Program-made: the position numbers and the translations under genes
In this document: positions 12,522-28,248 of the stretch, piece after piece
Layout of the letters: every line of letters starts with the position of its first letter
How positions within the stretch are numbered: the stretch's first letter is position 1
From: Escherichia coli
GTDB lineage: Bacteria; Pseudomonadota; Gammaproteobacteria; Enterobacterales; Enterobacteriaceae
Length of the DNA: 64,000 nucleotides
Strand: one strand, 5' to 3'
NCBI RefSeq assembly: GCF_044324785.1
Contig: NZ_CP172127.1
The notes under the pieces: model-generated
What the model was told of the DNA's origin: nothing
Database searches by the model: none
What the model saw: only the letters and a program-made list of their open reading frames with translations

Positions 12522-13817
12522 CTAACCATTTCTCTGCCAGACAAAACTTACTCCATTCTCACTTTCAGCCATACCTTCTTGCGTCATAAATACTCCTGCC
12601 GCCGCAATCAGCGTTTCGCCATAAAACAGCAGTGGCGTGGTGTCACGTAGCCACGGCGGAACGCCCAGCTCCTGCCAGATTTTCTTCAGCTTACGTCCGC
12701 CGTTGCGCCCGATAATATGCAGCAATCCTGGCGCTTTGAAACGCACGCTGACCGCTTCGTCTGCACGCGGAGGGCGAATATCGCCTCCCGCAGTAAGCTG
12801 TACACTTCCCAGTCCCGCCGGTAATTCCAGCGGTTGTAGCCACGTCTGCCACGGCACAATGGTTTCGCTTTGCCCAGTGACGGATTTAATCCACCACAGT
12901 TGCGACTGATAGCGGCGGATTTCAAACGCGCCCAGGCGTAAACAGGGGGAAGCATCTTCCCGCGCCAGCGCCACTTCCTGCCAGATCCTCACCAACGCGT
13001 CGCGGGAAGGCATCGGTGCATTCTTCCCTGCCAGCCAGCGGCGTATAATCGCCGCGCGGCGGGCATCACTCATCGCCAGCATTGGCGCAATCTGCAGCGT
13101 CCCCTGCGACGTTTGACAGTGCGCTATATCATCCGCCAGCAGTTCATCTAACAGGCTCTCTTGTTCAGCGCAAAGCGCAGCGCTGCGGGCCGTTGCTTCG
13201 GCAAAATGCGGCCAACGCTGCTGCAATAACGGCACCACGCGCAGGCGCAGAAAGTTACGATCGTATGAGTCGTCCTGATTACTTTCGTCTTCAATCCAGC
13301 GTAAACCATGCGCCAATGCCCACTGCGCCAGTTCCCCCCGCGTGCGGGCAAGCAACGGACGGATAAGCCGTGTTCCGGCAAACTCCGAAACTTCCGCCAT
13401 AGCCGAAAGCCCGGCAGGGCCGCTACCGCGTTTTAGCGCCAGCAGAAAAGTTTCACATTGATCGTCGAGATGTTGCGCGGTGACCAGCACTTCACCGGGC
13501 AACAAGGTGCGGGCAAATGCCTGATAACGCGCCTGCCGCGCCTGGGCCTCAATCCCCAGCCCCTCTTGCGCAAGTTGTACGCGTTCGACCACCAGCGGCA
13601 CCTGCCACTGTTGGCAGATGTTCTCGCAATGCCTAACCCAGGCATCGGCATTGGCACTTAAACCGTGATGCACATGGATAGCGCGTAGAGTGACGCCCGG
13701 ATTTTCCGTCCGCCACTGCACCAACTGATGCAGCAAAACGGTGGAGTCAAGCCCGCCGCTAAAGGCCACCAGAATCTGGCGTGAGGTGAGAAGTTGTCTA
13801 TTGAGCGTGAGTGTCAT
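12522..13817 (-). CDS. tilS: tRNA(Ile)-lysidine synthetase
   Basis: 431-aa ORF with PP-loop SGGLDS motif; recognised TilS (MesJ). Confidence 0.93.
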   Translation of the reverse strand: MTLTLNRQLLTSRQILVAFSGGLDSTVLLHQLVQWRTENPGVTLRAIHVHHGLSANADAWVRHCENICQQWQVPLVVERVQLAQEGLGIEAQARQARYQAFARTLLPGEVLVTAQHLDDQCETFLLALKRGSGPAGLSAMAEVSEFAGTRLIRPLLARTRGELAQWALAHGLRWIEDESNQDDSYDRNFLRLRVVPLLQQRWPHFAEATARSAALCAEQESLLDELLADDIAHCQTSQGTLQIAPMLAMSDARRAAIIRRWLAGKNAPMPSRDALVRIWQEVALAREDASPCLRLGAFEIRRYQSQLWWIKSVTGQSETIVPWQTWLQPLELPAGLGSVQLTAGGDIRPPRADEAVSVRFKAPGLLHIIGRNGGRKLKKIWQELGVPPWLRDTTPLLFYGETLIAAAGVFMTQEGMAESENGVSFVWQRNG

Positions 13818-13881
13818 GATGGTGCGATTTTACAGTAGCAATGCCCGGCACGTTACCGGGCAAATGCGGCGATGACAAGCC

Positions 13882-14271
13882 TTACTGCTCATACAGTTCC
13901 AACGGCAGCCCGTCCGGATCGTTAAAGAACGTGAAGCGTTTTTGCGTGTATGGATCGACACGGATGGCTTCACACTTCACGTTATGGCTTTCAAGGTGCG
14001 CCGCTGCCGCATCTATATCATCAACGCTAAAAGCCAGATGACGCAGGCCGCAAGCTTCCGGTCGGCTGGGGCGCTCCGGCGGGAACGGAAATGAGAAAAG
14101 CTCAATCACATATTGCCCATTAAGCGCCAAATCCCCTTTCCACGAGTCGCGCGCTTCGCGATAGACTTCGCTTTGCAGCGTGAAACCAAGAATATCGCAG
14201 TAGAAAGCTTTGCTCACCGCATAATCCGTCGCAATAATCGCAATATGGTGAACCTGTTTTAAACCCAGCAT
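13882..14271 (-). CDS. yaeR: Glyoxalase/VOC-family protein YaeR
   Basis: Recognised YaeR; start placed at internal Met (MLGLKQVHH, 129 aa); upstream Met at 14298 is an alternative. Confidence 0.85.
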   Translation of the reverse strand: MLGLKQVHHIAIIATDYAVSKAFYCDILGFTLQSEVYREARDSWKGDLALNGQYVIELFSFPFPPERPSRPEACGLRHLAFSVDDIDAAAAHLESHNVKCEAIRVDPYTQKRFTFFNDPDGLPLELYEQ

Positions 14272-14327
14272 AACGTCTCCTTTATTTGTTAACAGCACGT
14301 TACTCGCCCGGAAGCCGCTCTGGCAAG

Positions 14328-16469
14328 TTATCCCGCCATTTTTAGGACTCGTACACGGTAAACGCCGTCTTCGTCCTGTTTCGCGCCGTGAATATCCGTT
14401 TCAAAACCGGGGTAATGTTGCCCTACGGAACAAAGCATCAGTAGAAAATCGAGTACCGTGCGGCTCTCTTTGGTCAGCATTTCTCCTGGCATCAGCAGCG
14501 GTACGCCAGGTGGATAAGGCAGGATCATATTTGCCGATACTCTACCGACCAGTTGTTCCAGCGCAATGGTTTCCACTTCGCCTTTAATCTGTCTCTGCCA
14601 TGCCTGATGTGGCGTCATGATCATTTCCGGCAAAGTATCGAATGCCCGCAACATCAAACCGGAAAGATCGTGTTTACGAATCAGCTTATGGATCCCTTGC
14701 GCCAGATTCTGAATACGCATATTGCGGTAGAAATCGGGATCTTCAGCATAGAGATCGGGTAGCATATTTTTGATCCGCAGGTTGAGATCGTAAGAGCGCT
14801 TAAATTCCGTCAACCCACGCAATAATCCCATTGCTTTGGTTTTATCGATGCCAATACTAAAGAGAAACAGCAGGTTATAAGGACCGGTTTTCTCTACTAC
14901 GATCCCTCGTTCGTCGAGGAATTTTGCTACCAGCGCCGCCGGGATCCCCTCCTCGCTCATATTGCCCTGCTCGTCCATCCCCGGTGTCAAAATAGTGACT
15001 TTAACCGGATCGAGAAACATATGATCGGCATCCGCATCGTTAAAGCCGTGCCACTGTTCGCCAGGCGCAACGGGCCAGCATTCGGCTTCATCCACCTGCG
15101 GCGGTTGCCAGATATCGAAAAACCAACCGTCAGACTCTTCCCGCAGCCGCTGGACCTCTTTGCGAAAATGCAGCGCCCGCTCCACCGAACGGTTAATCAG
15201 CCGTTTGCCCGGATTACCACGCAGCATCGCCGCCGCCGTCTCAACCGAAGCAACAATGGGATAACTGGGCGAGGTGGTGGTATGCATCATAAAGGCTTCA
15301 TTAAACGCCTCTTCGTCATACTCGCCTTTAATGTGGATCAGCGAAGCCTGCGATAACGCCGCCAGCATTTTGTGGGTCGATTGCGTTTCGAAGATCACTT
15401 TTCCCGCAACACGCTCACCGCTCATACCACTTTTACCCTGGTAGATCGGATGAAAATGGGTGTACGGCACCCAGGCAGAATCGAAGTGAATCGACGGGAC
15501 ATCCAGCGTCTGTTTGATCCAGTCGGTGTTGTAGAGCAAGCCATCATAGGTGGAGTTGGTAATCACCGCATGAACCGGCCATTGTGCTTGCGTGGTAGCA
15601 GCGACTTTCTCTGCGATGCTGTCGCGAGTAAATTCACGGCGCGGGATCCCACCCAGAATCCCCAACGCATTACGCGTCGGTTTCAGCCAGACTGGCACTA
15701 CATCGTTCATCATCAACAGATGCGCCAGCGATTTATGACAATTGCGGTCGATCAACAGCGTACTGCCGGATGGCGCGGCGTACATGCCCACAATTTTGTT
15801 CGACGTCGATGTTCCGTTGGTAACGATATAACTCTGTTCCGCGCCAAAAGTCCGGGCGATGTACTCTTCCGCTTCCAGGTGTGGCCCGGTGTGGTCGAGC
15901 AACGAGCCAAGCTCAGTTACCGAGATAGACACGTCCGCCTTGAGGGTATTGCCGCCGAAAAAATCATAAAACAGACAGCCAACCGGGCTTTTCTGATATG
16001 CGGTGCCGCCCATATGCCCCGGCGTACAAAAGGTGTACTTCCGCTCTTTGACGTAGGTAAACAAGGCTTTCGTGAACGGCGGTGTAATGTTATCAAGATA
16101 TTCGTTAGTGTACTGACGAATACGAATGGCGATATCTTCTGCCTGCCCCAGCGCATATTCAAAAAACCAGAGCGCCATCCGCATATCCTGCACGCTGACA
16201 TCCATCGTCGAGTGGGTGTTGATAAAGGCATAAAGCGGAAGATATTCATTAAGTTGATTGATATCGCTACATAAATCGAGACTGTACTCATCCCAGTCAA
16301 AAATCACGCCGCAAATTCGTGGGTTATGTTCGATAAACTTCAGCAAATCAACGCTGTTCTGTGGCCAGATAATCTGAAAGCCTTGCGCCACCAGCGCCGA
16401 CTCCAGTTCTTTGATGGGCTCATCTTTATAAAAGACGCCATGCGGTCCCATAATGGCAATGATGTTCAT
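14328..16469 (-). CDS. ldcC: Lysine decarboxylase 2 (constitutive)
   Basis: 713-aa ORF recognised as LdcC (Orn/Lys/Arg decarboxylase fold). Confidence 0.95.
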   Translation of the reverse strand: MNIIAIMGPHGVFYKDEPIKELESALVAQGFQIIWPQNSVDLLKFIEHNPRICGVIFDWDEYSLDLCSDINQLNEYLPLYAFINTHSTMDVSVQDMRMALWFFEYALGQAEDIAIRIRQYTNEYLDNITPPFTKALFTYVKERKYTFCTPGHMGGTAYQKSPVGCLFYDFFGGNTLKADVSISVTELGSLLDHTGPHLEAEEYIARTFGAEQSYIVTNGTSTSNKIVGMYAAPSGSTLLIDRNCHKSLAHLLMMNDVVPVWLKPTRNALGILGGIPRREFTRDSIAEKVAATTQAQWPVHAVITNSTYDGLLYNTDWIKQTLDVPSIHFDSAWVPYTHFHPIYQGKSGMSGERVAGKVIFETQSTHKMLAALSQASLIHIKGEYDEEAFNEAFMMHTTTSPSYPIVASVETAAAMLRGNPGKRLINRSVERALHFRKEVQRLREESDGWFFDIWQPPQVDEAECWPVAPGEQWHGFNDADADHMFLDPVKVTILTPGMDEQGNMSEEGIPAALVAKFLDERGIVVEKTGPYNLLFLFSIGIDKTKAMGLLRGLTEFKRSYDLNLRIKNMLPDLYAEDPDFYRNMRIQNLAQGIHKLIRKHDLSGLMLRAFDTLPEMIMTPHQAWQRQIKGEVETIALEQLVGRVSANMILPYPPGVPLLMPGEMLTKESRTVLDFLLMLCSVGQHYPGFETDIHGAKQDEDGVYRVRVLKMAG

Positions 16470-16566
16470 GTGTTCCTCCTGGAAAATCCTTCCTTAATCA
16501 TAGCCTGCTCAAACCGTGGCGATAAAAAAGGGCCACCGAAGTGACCCTTTTCAGAACATTTGCGAA

Positions 16567-17526
16567 TTACGCGTAACCGTAGCTCATCAGGCGCTGATAA
16601 CGACGATTTTTTAAATCTTCAGTGCTTAACACGTCGAGATCGGCCAGATCCGCCAGCAGTTGCGCTTTCAACGATGCCGCCATCGCTTCCGGGTTACGGT
16701 GAGCACCACCCAGCGGTTCCGGGATGATGGAGTCGATCAGTTTCAGTTCTTTCAGACGCGGAGCAATGATACCCATCGCTTCAGCCGCCAGCGGCGCTTT
16801 GTCGGCGCTCTTCCACAGAATGGACGCACAACCTTCCGGCGAGATAACGGAATAGGTGCTGTATTGCAGCATATTCACTTTATCGCCCACGCCAATCGCC
16901 AGCGCGCCGCCAGAACCACCTTCACCGATAACGGTACAAATAGTCGGTACGCTAAGGCGAGACATTTCACGCAGGTTGCGTGCAATGGCTTCAGACTGAC
17001 CGCGCTCTTCTGCGCCCACGCCCGGATAAGCCCCCGGGGTGTCGATAAAGGTGATGATTGGCATCTTAAAGCGTTCAGCCATTTGCATCAGACGCAGTGC
17101 TTTGCGGTAACCTTCTGGCGCTGGCATACCAAAGTTACGGCGAATTTTTTCTTTGGTTTCACGACCTTTTTGATGACCAATGATCATCACCGGACGACCA
17201 TCGAGACGGGCGATACCACCGACGATAGCTTTATCGTCTGCATACGCGCGGTCGCCAGCCAGTTCGTCAAATTCATCAAATGCCAGGCGAACGTAATCCA
17301 GGGTATAAGGACGCTGTGGATGGCGTGCCAGTTGCGCAATCTGCCATGCACCGAGATCGGCGAAGATTTTACGTGTCAGTTCTACGCTTTTTTCACGCAG
17401 ACGATGCACTTCTTCATCGATGTTAATATCCAGTTTCTCATCCTGACGGCTAACCGCAGTCAGAGAATCGATTTTCGCTTCCAGCTCTGCAATCGGCTGT
17501 TCAAAATCAAGGAAATTCAGACTCAT
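16567..17526 (-). CDS. accA: Acetyl-CoA carboxylase carboxyltransferase alpha subunit
   Basis: 319-aa ORF recognised as AccA. Confidence 0.96.
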
Positions 17527-17538
17527 AGTATTCCTGTA

Positions 17539-20500
17539 TTAGTCAAACTCCAGTTCCACCTGCTCCGAACCAATGAGGCCACGGAGATCGTTTAATAAAC
17601 GATCGCTCGGAGAGACACGCCACGTCGCGCCAAAACGCAACCGCGCGCGTGCATCCGCCCTCTGATAGTAGAGATGTACTGGAATTGTCCCAGAGCGGTG
17701 GGGTTCCAGAGACTGACGGAGTCGGTTTAAAAGCTGGTCATCAATTTGCCTGTCCGTCAGCGAGATAGCAAGCCCGCGAGCATATTTTTCCCGGGCTTCG
17801 TCAATATCCATCACTTCGCGAGCGGTCATTTTAAGCCCACCGCTGAAGTCATCAAAGCTGACCTGTCCGCTGACGATAAGTATGCGGTCTTTTTCCAGCA
17901 ATTGCTGGTATTTATCCAGGGCGTCAGTAAACAACATCACTTCCAGCCGCCCGGAACGGTCATCCAGCGTGCAGATACCGATACGATTGCCGCGCTTGGT
18001 GACCATAACCCGCGCGGCAACAACGAGCCCCGCAGCCGTGATGACTTTACCACGTTCTGTCGGGTGCATGTCTTTCAGCCTTACGCCTCCGACATAACGC
18101 TCAATCTCTTTTAAATACTGGTTGATAGGGTGTCCCGTCAGGTACAGACCTAACGTTTCACGTTCCCCATCTAACACCACCTGCTCCGGCCACGGTTGGC
18201 AGCTGGCGTAGGATTGTTCAATTTGTTCCGGCTCTTCGGCCAGCACGCCGAACATATCGGCCTGACCGATAGCTTCCGCTTTCGCGTGTTGATCTGCCGC
18301 TTTTAACGCATCGCCCAGCGAGTTCATCAGCGCCGCGCGGTGTGGCCCAAGACGGTCAAACGCCCCGGACATGATCAGTTTTTCCAGCACCCGCCGGTTT
18401 AACTTTTTGGTGTCGGTTCGGGCGCAGAGATCAAACAGTTCGCGGAAGTAGCCGCCTTTATTACGGGCTTCGATGATGGCCTCAATCGGACCTTCACCGA
18501 CCCCTTTGATCGCGCCAATACCATACACGATTTCGCCGTCGTCGTTGACGTGGAAATGGTAAAGACCGGAGTTTATATCTGGTGGCAGGATTTTCAGCCC
18601 CATCCGCCAGCACTCATCCACCAGGCCCACCACCTTCTCGGTGTTGTCCATATCGGCGGTCATTACCGCCGCCATAAACTCCGCCGGATAGTGCGCTTTC
18701 AGCCATAACGTTTGATATGACACCAAAGCATAGGCCGCAGAGTGCGATTTGTTAAATCCGTAACCAGCGAATTTTTCCACCAGGTCGAAGATTTTCATCG
18801 CCAGTTCAGCGTTGATTCCGTTCTTTTCTGCACCTTCAGCAAATACAGAACGCTGCTTAGCCATCTCTTCCGGCTTTTTCTTACCCATCGCACGACGCAG
18901 CATATCCGCGCCACCGAGGGTATAACCAGAAAGCACCTGCGCAATCTGCATGACCTGTTCCTGATACAGGATGATGCCGTAGGTTGGCTCCAGTACCGGT
19001 TTCAGGCTTTCATGCTGCCACTGTACGTCCGGATAGGAGATCTCTTCGCGACCATGTTTACGGTCGATAAAGTTATCCACCATCCCTGACTGCAACGGAC
19101 CAGGGCGGAACAGTGCCACCAGTGCGATCATATCTTCGAAGCAGTCAGGTTGCAGACGCTTGATCAGGTCTTTCATACCGCGCGATTCAAGCTGGAATAC
19201 CGCCGTGGTTTCCGAGCGTTGCAGCATGTCGAAGCTTTTCTTATCATCCAGCGGGATCGCGGCGATATCCAGCGGCGGCTCGCCATTCTTCGCCCGCCGC
19301 TTGTTGATCATCTCCAGCGCCCAGTTGATGATGGTGAGCGTACGCAAACCAAGGAAGTCGAACTTCACCAGTCCGGCGTATTCAACGTCGCTTTTATCAA
19401 ACTGGGTGACCGGATGTTTGCCCTCTTCATCGCAGTAAAGCGGCGCAAAATCGGTAATTTTGGTCGGTGCGATAACCACCCCACCGGCGTGCTTACCGGC
19501 GTTACGGGTGACCCCTTCCAGTTTGCGCGCCATGTCGATCAGCGCCTTAACTTCTTCATCCGCTTCGTAGATTTCTGGCAGCTGCGGCTCGGCTTCAAAC
19601 GCTTTCGCCAGCGTCATCCCCGGATCGGGCGGGATCAGTTTCGAGATACGATCGACAAAGCCGTACGGATGCCCCAGCACGCGACCTACGTCGCGGATCA
19701 CCGCTTTCGCCGCCATCGTACCGAAGGTGATGATCTGCGATACCGCATCACGACCGTACATGTCCGCCACGTGTTCGATAACCTGATCGCGTTTCTCCAT
19801 ACAGAAGTCAACGTCAAAGTCAGGCATGGAGACACGTTCCGGGTTAAGGAAACGTTCGAACAGCAGGTCAAATTCCAGCGGATCAAGGTCGGTGATTTTC
19901 AGCGCGTAGGCCACCAGTGAACCCGCACCGGAGCCACGGCCTGGCCCTACCGGTACGCCGTTATCCTTCGACCACTGGATAAATTCCATAACGATGAGGA
20001 AGTAGCCCGGGAAGCCCATCTGGTTGATAACCTGAAGTTCAGTCTCCAGACGTTCGTCATATTCCGGGCGACGCTTCAGACGTTCTTCCTCGTCAGGGAA
20101 TAAAAATGCCAGACGCTCTTCCAGGCCCTCTTTTGCACGCATGACCAGATAATCTTCGGTGCTCATGTCCCCGGTCGGGAACTGCGGCAGGAAGTATTCA
20201 CCAAGACGCACAGTTACGTTACAGCGTTTGGCGATCTCAACGGTGTTGGCAAGGGCTTCTGGGATGTCGGCAAACAGCTCGCACATCTCCTCTTCGCTAC
20301 GCATATATTGCTGCGGCGAATAGTTACGCGGGCGTTTAGGATCGTCGAGGGTAAAGCCGTCGTGGATTGCGACGCGGATTTCGTGTGCGTCAAAGTCGCT
20401 GCTGTCGATAAAGCGCACGTCGTTGGTCGCCACGACGGGCAAACCGCGCGCTTCCGCCAGTTCCACCGCCGCGTGCAGATAGCTTTCTTCGTCCGGCCTG

Positions 20501-21021
20501 CCGGTGCGGATCAGCTCGAGAAAATAGCGATCCGGGAAGTGTTCTTCATAAAACGCGACACACTCATCTACCAGCGCGCTGTTACCACGCAAAAGACTGC
20601 GTCCGACGTCGCCCATGCGCCCGCCAGAAAGAAGGATCAGCCCTTCGTTTAATTCGATAAGCCAGTCGCGATCGATGATCGGCCCGGCAGCACCGTACCC
20701 GCGCTGATACGCTTTTGAGATCAGCAACGTCAGATTCTGATAGCCGGTATTGTTCGCCGCCAGCACCGTCAGGTGGGTTAACTCATCACCCAGCAGGTCG
20801 CACTGGACATTAAAATCTGCCCCGACGATAGGCTTAATCCCTGCGCCATGTCCCGCTCCGTAGAACTTCACCAGACCGCAAAGGTTGGTGAAATCGGTGA
20901 TCGCCAGTGCTGGCATCCCTAACGCCGCCGCCTTTTTTACCAGCGGCGCGGTTTTGGCCAGGCCATCGATCATCGAGTAGTCGCTGTGCACCCGCAGGTG
21001 TACGAAACGTGGTTCAGACAT
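17539..21021 (-). CDS. dnaE: DNA polymerase III alpha subunit
   Basis: 1160-aa ORF recognised as DnaE (PHP domain N-terminus). Confidence 0.97.
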   Translation of the reverse strand: MSEPRFVHLRVHSDYSMIDGLAKTAPLVKKAAALGMPALAITDFTNLCGLVKFYGAGHGAGIKPIVGADFNVQCDLLGDELTHLTVLAANNTGYQNLTLLISKAYQRGYGAAGPIIDRDWLIELNEGLILLSGGRMGDVGRSLLRGNSALVDECVAFYEEHFPDRYFLELIRTGRPDEESYLHAAVELAEARGLPVVATNDVRFIDSSDFDAHEIRVAIHDGFTLDDPKRPRNYSPQQYMRSEEEMCELFADIPEALANTVEIAKRCNVTVRLGEYFLPQFPTGDMSTEDYLVMRAKEGLEERLAFLFPDEEERLKRRPEYDERLETELQVINQMGFPGYFLIVMEFIQWSKDNGVPVGPGRGSGAGSLVAYALKITDLDPLEFDLLFERFLNPERVSMPDFDVDFCMEKRDQVIEHVADMYGRDAVSQIITFGTMAAKAVIRDVGRVLGHPYGFVDRISKLIPPDPGMTLAKAFEAEPQLPEIYEADEEVKALIDMARKLEGVTRNAGKHAGGVVIAPTKITDFAPLYCDEEGKHPVTQFDKSDVEYAGLVKFDFLGLRTLTIINWALEMINKRRAKNGEPPLDIAAIPLDDKKSFDMLQRSETTAVFQLESRGMKDLIKRLQPDCFEDMIALVALFRPGPLQSGMVDNFIDRKHGREEISYPDVQWQHESLKPVLEPTYGIILYQEQVMQIAQVLSGYTLGGADMLRRAMGKKKPEEMAKQRSVFAEGAEKNGINAELAMKIFDLVEKFAGYGFNKSHSAAYALVSYQTLWLKAHYPAEFMAAVMTADMDNTEKVVGLVDECWRMGLKILPPDINSGLYHFHVNDDGEIVYGIGAIKGVGEGPIEAIIEARNKGGYFRELFDLCARTDTKKLNRRVLEKLIMSGAFDRLGPHRAALMNSLGDALKAADQHAKAEAIGQADMFGVLAEEPEQIEQSYASCQPWPEQVVLDGERETLGLYLTGHPINQYLKEIERYVGGVRLKDMHPTERGKVITAAGLVVAARVMVTKRGNRIGICTLDDRSGRLEVMLFTDALDKYQQLLEKDRILIVSGQVSFDDFSGGLKMTAREVMDIDEAREKYARGLAISLTDRQIDDQLLNRLRQSLEPHRSGTIPVHLYYQRADARARLRFGATWRVSPSDRLLNDLRGLIGSEQVELEFD

Positions 21022-21057
21022 CTTCAGATTCCGGTTTACTTAATCTCGACACAAGAA

Positions 21058-21654
21058 TCAGGACGCAAGTCCCAGTGCGCGTTTGACAGGCCCAAAGCTG
21101 CGCCGATGGTGTTCGGTCGCGCCGTGTTCAGCCAGTTTTTCCAGATGAAAAGCGGTTGGATACCCTTTGTGTTGGGCAAAACCATATTGCGGGAAAACAA
21201 TATCCAGCGCCGCCATTTCGGCGTCACGCGTCACTTTCGCCAGGATAGACGCAGCACTGATTTCCGGTACGCGGCTATCGCCTTTCACCACTGCCATCGA
21301 AGGCATCGGTAATTTCGGGCAGCGGTTACCGTCAATCAACACATATTCCGGCGCAATATGCAGCCCAGCGACGGCACGCTGCATCGCCAGCATGGTCGCG
21401 TGTAAAATATTCAGTTCGTCGATTTCGTGGGGTTCCGCGCGGCCCAGACTCCAGCTCAACGCTTTCTCTTTGATCTCTTCACAGAGCGCCAGACGGCGTT
21501 TTTCGCTCAGCTTTTTGGAATCATTCAGCCCGGCAATCGGGCGCGATGGGTCAAGGATCACCGCAGCGGTGACGACCGCGCCAACTAACGGCCCGCGTCC
21601 GACTTCATCCACACCCGCAACCAGCTGCGTGTGCGGATAAACAAATTCGATCAT
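21058..21654 (-). CDS. rnhB: Ribonuclease HII
   Basis: 198-aa ORF recognised as RnhB; overlaps lpxB stop by 4 nt. Confidence 0.95.
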   Translation of the reverse strand: MIEFVYPHTQLVAGVDEVGRGPLVGAVVTAAVILDPSRPIAGLNDSKKLSEKRRLALCEEIKEKALSWSLGRAEPHEIDELNILHATMLAMQRAVAGLHIAPEYVLIDGNRCPKLPMPSMAVVKGDSRVPEISAASILAKVTRDAEMAALDIVFPQYGFAQHKGYPTAFHLEKLAEHGATEHHRRSFGPVKRALGLAS

Positions 21655-22799
21655 TGTGCTAACTCCAGAACGGCTTGTGCCGCCTGCTCATCGGCATTGC
21701 AGCGGATCTGCTGATGCAGTTCACGGAAGGTGTCGTGCATCGCGTGGCTGGTTTTCCCGTTCGCCAACAGCGGTAACAGCGCCGCAGCCAGTTTTTGCGG
21801 CTCACACTCTTCCTGCAATAACTCTTTGACTAACTCTCTGCCCGCCAGCAAATTGGGTAGAGAAACATAATCAGTTTTCACCAGTCGCTTCGCCAGCCAG
21901 AAGGTAAAAGGCTTCATGCGATATCCCACTACCATCGGGCATTTCGCCAGCATGCACTCCAGTGCTGCCGTCCCCGACGCCAATAGTGCCGCATCACTAG
22001 CGACCATCGCCTCACGGCCCATCCCATCCAACATATGAACCGACAGGTCTGGCGCAACTTCAGCTTTGATGCGTTCAAACTGCTCGCGGCGTTTGGCATT
22101 CACCAGCGGCACCACAATTTCGAGATCCGGATATGTCTGGCGCAAAAGCTGGGCCGTTTTCAGGAAATCGGCACTAAGCATTTCGACTTCTGCACCACGG
22201 CTGCCCGGCAACAATGCCAGACAGTGGGCATCGTGAGGGATCCCCAGCACATCACGGGCACCATTTTTATCTGGATCTAATGGCATGGCATCAGCCATGG
22301 TATGACCGATAAAGCGGCACGGTACGTTGTATTTGTCATAAAACGCTTTTTCGAAAGGCAGAAATGCGAGCACCAGATCGGTGGCTCTGCCTATTTTGAA
22401 AACGCGTTTCTGTCGCCACGCCCAGACGGACGGACTGACGTAATGAATGGTTTTGATACCCTGCTTTTTGAGGTTACCTTCAAGGGTAATATTGAAGTCA
22501 GGCGCATCAATACCGATAAAAACATCTGGCTTCAGTTCGCCAAAACGCGTTGTCAGATCGGCACGAATATGCAGTAAGCGACGCAGACGCCCGAGCACTT
22601 CAACAATGCCCATCACCGCCAGCTCTTCCATTTCGTACCAGGCTTCGCAGCCTTCAGCCTGCATTCGTGGCCCGGCAACACCAACAAAGCGGGCGTTGGG
22701 CACACGTTCTTTCAGAGCGCGGATTAAACCGGCCCCCAGGATATCGCCGGAGGTTTCTCCGGCGACCAGGGCAATCGTTAATGGACGCTGTTCAGTCAT
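21651..22799 (-). CDS. lpxB: Lipid-A-disaccharide synthase
   Basis: 382-aa ORF recognised as LpxB. Confidence 0.96.
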   Translation of the reverse strand: MTEQRPLTIALVAGETSGDILGAGLIRALKERVPNARFVGVAGPRMQAEGCEAWYEMEELAVMGIVEVLGRLRRLLHIRADLTTRFGELKPDVFIGIDAPDFNITLEGNLKKQGIKTIHYVSPSVWAWRQKRVFKIGRATDLVLAFLPFEKAFYDKYNVPCRFIGHTMADAMPLDPDKNGARDVLGIPHDAHCLALLPGSRGAEVEMLSADFLKTAQLLRQTYPDLEIVVPLVNAKRREQFERIKAEVAPDLSVHMLDGMGREAMVASDAALLASGTAALECMLAKCPMVVGYRMKPFTFWLAKRLVKTDYVSLPNLLAGRELVKELLQEECEPQKLAAALLPLLANGKTSHAMHDTFRELHQQIRCNADEQAAQAVLELAQ

Positions 22800-23587
22800 T
22801 AACGAATCAGACCGCGCGTTGAGCGTGCAAAGAAATCGGTAAAGGCTTTCACTTCCGGATATGTTTCCGCCAGTTCAGCAATTTCCGGTTTCACTTCATC
22901 GAGCGTTTTACCGCTACGATAAATCAGCTTATACGCATTGCGGATAGCGGTAATCGCCTCACGGCTGAATCCGCGGCGCTTCAGCCCTTCGATATTGACA
23001 CCAAACGGTGTTGCGTGGTTACCCTGCGCAATGACATAAGGAGGGACGTCCTGCGCCACACCGGAGCAGCCGCCAACCATCACATGCGCACCAATGATGC
23101 AGAACTGATGGACTGCGGTCATGCCGCCGATGATCGCGAAGTCGTCAACCGATACGTGACCCGCCAGCGTTGCGTTGTTGGCGAGAATACAGCGGTTACC
23201 TACCGTACAATCGTGCGCAATGTGCGCATTGATCATCAGTAAGTTGTCGCTGCCCACCTTCGTCAATCCACCGCCCTGGACTGTGCCACGATGAATGGTG
23301 ACGCTTTCGCGAATGCGGTTACGATCGCCGATTTCCACACGGGTCGGTTCGCCAGCATATTTCAGATCCTGGTTAACTTCGCCGATGGAGGCGAACTGAT
23401 AAATCTCATTATCGCGGCCAATTTTAGTATGACCATTCACGACAACGTGAGATTTCAGTACGGTACCCTCACCAATTTCGACATGGGGTCCAACGATACA
23501 AAAAGGACCAATGTGAGCGTTAGCGCCAATCGACGCGCCCTCTTCCACAATGGCGGTTGGATGCACAAAGGCGGATTTATCAATCAC
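22799..23587 (-). CDS. lpxA: UDP-N-acetylglucosamine acyltransferase
   Basis: 262-aa ORF with hexapeptide repeats, recognised as LpxA; 1-nt overlap with lpxB start. Confidence 0.96.
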
Positions 23588-23590
23588 GTA

Positions 23591-24046
23591 TCAGGCCTCC
23601 CGGCTACGAGCACACATCATCGTTGCTTCGCAAACTACTTTACCGTCGACCAGAGCAACCCCTTTAAAACGGGTCAGGCCGCGGCGCGTTTTTTCGAAAG
23701 TGACTTCCATGATCATTTGATCGCCAGGCACGACCGGGCGCTTGAAGCGCGCTTCGTCAATACCAGCGAAGTAGTACAGCTCACCCGGTTCCAGTTTTCC
23801 TACGCTTTTAAACGCCAGAATACCTGTTGCCTGTGCCATTGCTTCCAGAATCAGCACACCCGGGAAAATCGGTTTTCCAGGGAAATGGCCCTGGAAGAAT
23901 GGCTCATTGACAGAGACATTTTTTACTGCGCGCAGAAAACGACCTTCTTCAAAATCCAGCACGCGATCCACCAGTAAGAACGGGAAACGGTGCGGCAGAA
24001 GTTCTAAAATCTCTTCAATCTGCAGAGTATGAGTGTTAGTAGTCAA
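23591..24046 (-). CDS. fabZ: 3-hydroxyacyl-ACP dehydratase
   Basis: 151-aa FabZ recognised ([28 protein letters not shown]); known TTG start, so the 182-aa ATG-initiated ORF is trimmed. Confidence 0.92.
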
Positions 24047-24150
24047 GATACTCTTCCTGTCAAAATATAAGAAACGACAATAATAACACGGCCTGCCGCA
24101 ATCGTAAGAATGAGACAGGCCGTAAAGTTTGGCGAACAAAAGATGGAACG

Positions 24151-25176
24151 TTAGTCTTGTTGATTAACCTTGCGCTCAAGCGATTTCAGACGCTTGCTCA
24201 TGTCATCAATGTTCATCACCAGTGCAGCGGTTTTGCGCCAGACTTTGTTGGGTTGCAGCGGAATGCCTGAGGAATAGACGCCTGGTTCAGTGATGGGACG
24301 CATCACCATACCCATGCCCGTAACCGTCACTTTGTCGCATATTTCCATATGCCCGTTGATTACGCTGGCTCCGCCGATCATGCAGTAACGACCAATTTTC
24401 AGGCTGCCCGCCATAATGACGCCACCGGCAACCGCCGTATTGTCGCCAATCACGACGTTATGTGCAATCTGGCACTGGTTATCAATGATCACGCCATTGC
24501 CAATAACAGTGTCATCCAGCGCGCCGCGATCGATGGTTGTGCAGGCACCGATCTCCACGCGATCGCCAATAATTACGCGACCAATCTGTGGGATCTTCAC
24601 CCAGTTACCACGATCGTTGGCATAACCAAAGCCGTCTGCGCCTACCACTGTTCCGGACTGGATCAGGCAATTCTGACCGATCTGGATCTCATGGTAAATG
24701 GTTACGTTCGCCCAAAGACGCGAACCTGCACCGATTTTGCTGTTTTTACCTACGAAGCAACCGGCACCGATAATCACGTTATCGCCCAGTTCAACGTCGG
24801 ACTCAATCACCGCGTTAGCGCCAATCGATACGTTGTTACCCAGCTTCGCCGTCGCGTCGATCACCGCACTGGGTGCAATGTTCTGCGCGGGCTGCGGCGT
24901 GGTATCTAAAATTTGCGCCATGCGCGCGTAAGTCAGGTAGGGATTCTTCACTACCAGTGCGGCACTTTTCGCGAAAGGAAGATCGTCCTGGGTCATGACA
25001 ACCGCGGACGCCTGGCACAAGCCTAAATGCTCACGGTATTTTGGGTTAACCATGAACGTGATGTGACCTGTTTGTGCAGATTGCATGGACGCAACGCCGG
25101 TGATGACGATATCGCCATCACCGTGTAGTTCTGCATCCAACTGCTGCGCTAAATCAGCCAGTCGAATTGAAGGCAT
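24151..25176 (-). CDS. lpxD: UDP-3-O-(3-hydroxymyristoyl)glucosamine N-acyltransferase
   Basis: 341-aa ORF with hexapeptide repeats, recognised as LpxD. Confidence 0.96.
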   Translation of the reverse strand: MPSIRLADLAQQLDAELHGDGDIVITGVASMQSAQTGHITFMVNPKYREHLGLCQASAVVMTQDDLPFAKSAALVVKNPYLTYARMAQILDTTPQPAQNIAPSAVIDATAKLGNNVSIGANAVIESDVELGDNVIIGAGCFVGKNSKIGAGSRLWANVTIYHEIQIGQNCLIQSGTVVGADGFGYANDRGNWVKIPQIGRVIIGDRVEIGACTTIDRGALDDTVIGNGVIIDNQCQIAHNVVIGDNTAVAGGVIMAGSLKIGRYCMIGGASVINGHMEICDKVTVTGMGMVMRPITEPGVYSSGIPLQPNKVWRKTAALVMNIDDMSKRLKSLERKVNQQD

Positions 25177-25179
25177 TAC

Positions 25180-25665
25180 TTATTTAACCTGTTTCAGTAC
25201 GTCGGCAGTGATGTCTTTTACATCGCTGCTGTTGTAAGCAACGGCGTTTGCATCAACAACCAGATCGATATCCTGGCTGTTGGCAACGGATTTCACAGCA
25301 GTCTGGATACGAGTAACCAGTTTGCCGCGTTCTTCGTTGGAACGACGTGCGCGATCCTGCTCAAAAGCCTGCGCTTTCTGAGCAAAAGTCTGGCGCTGAG
25401 CCATCACGTCTTTTTCCAGTTTGGTGCGATCGCTGCCCGCTTTCATGGACTGCAGCTTTTTCATTTTAGCCTGCAGATCGGTTTCCATACGCTGCAGTTC
25501 GCTGGCACGGCCTTTGAACTCATTTTCCAGCGTGTTAGAAACACCGGTTTTCTGCGCTACCTGCTGGAACAGGCTGCCCATATTGACGATTGCAATTTTG
25601 TCAGCCGCCTGAGCAGAAGTTGCCAGTGCTAAACCAAGACCTGCAGCTAATAACCACTTTTTCAC
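25180..25665 (-). CDS. skp: Periplasmic chaperone Skp
   Basis: 161-aa ORF with signal peptide, recognised as Skp (HlpA). Confidence 0.96.
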   Translation of the reverse strand: MKKWLLAAGLGLALATSAQAADKIAIVNMGSLFQQVAQKTGVSNTLENEFKGRASELQRMETDLQAKMKKLQSMKAGSDRTKLEKDVMAQRQTFAQKAQAFEQDRARRSNEERGKLVTRIQTAVKSVANSQDIDLVVDANAVAYNSSDVKDITADVLKQVK

Positions 25666-25786
25666 AATAAACTCCTTACCATCCCATTTGCACCGGAGGG
25701 TGCAGTTCTTTGCGTGGCCCGGCGATCTTATATTGATCGCCTAAAGTCATCGCTACACTACCACTACATTCCTTTGTGGAGAACAC

Positions 25787-28237
<2,451 letters not shown>

Positions 28238-28248
28238 CTAACTAACTC

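Noticed and set aside
15372-16274. 300-aa ORF on the plus strand
   Set aside because: Lies entirely antisense within ldcC, whose product is confidently recognised; it is Arg/His-rich low-complexity sequence typical of spurious antisense frames
16660-17595. 311-aa ORF on the plus strand
   Set aside because: Antisense to accA; no independent start context, so treated as a frame artefact
19150-19920. 256-aa ORF on the plus strand
   Set aside because: Antisense inside dnaE; spurious
23291-23977. 228-aa ORF on the plus strand
   Set aside because: Antisense to lpxA/fabZ; spurious
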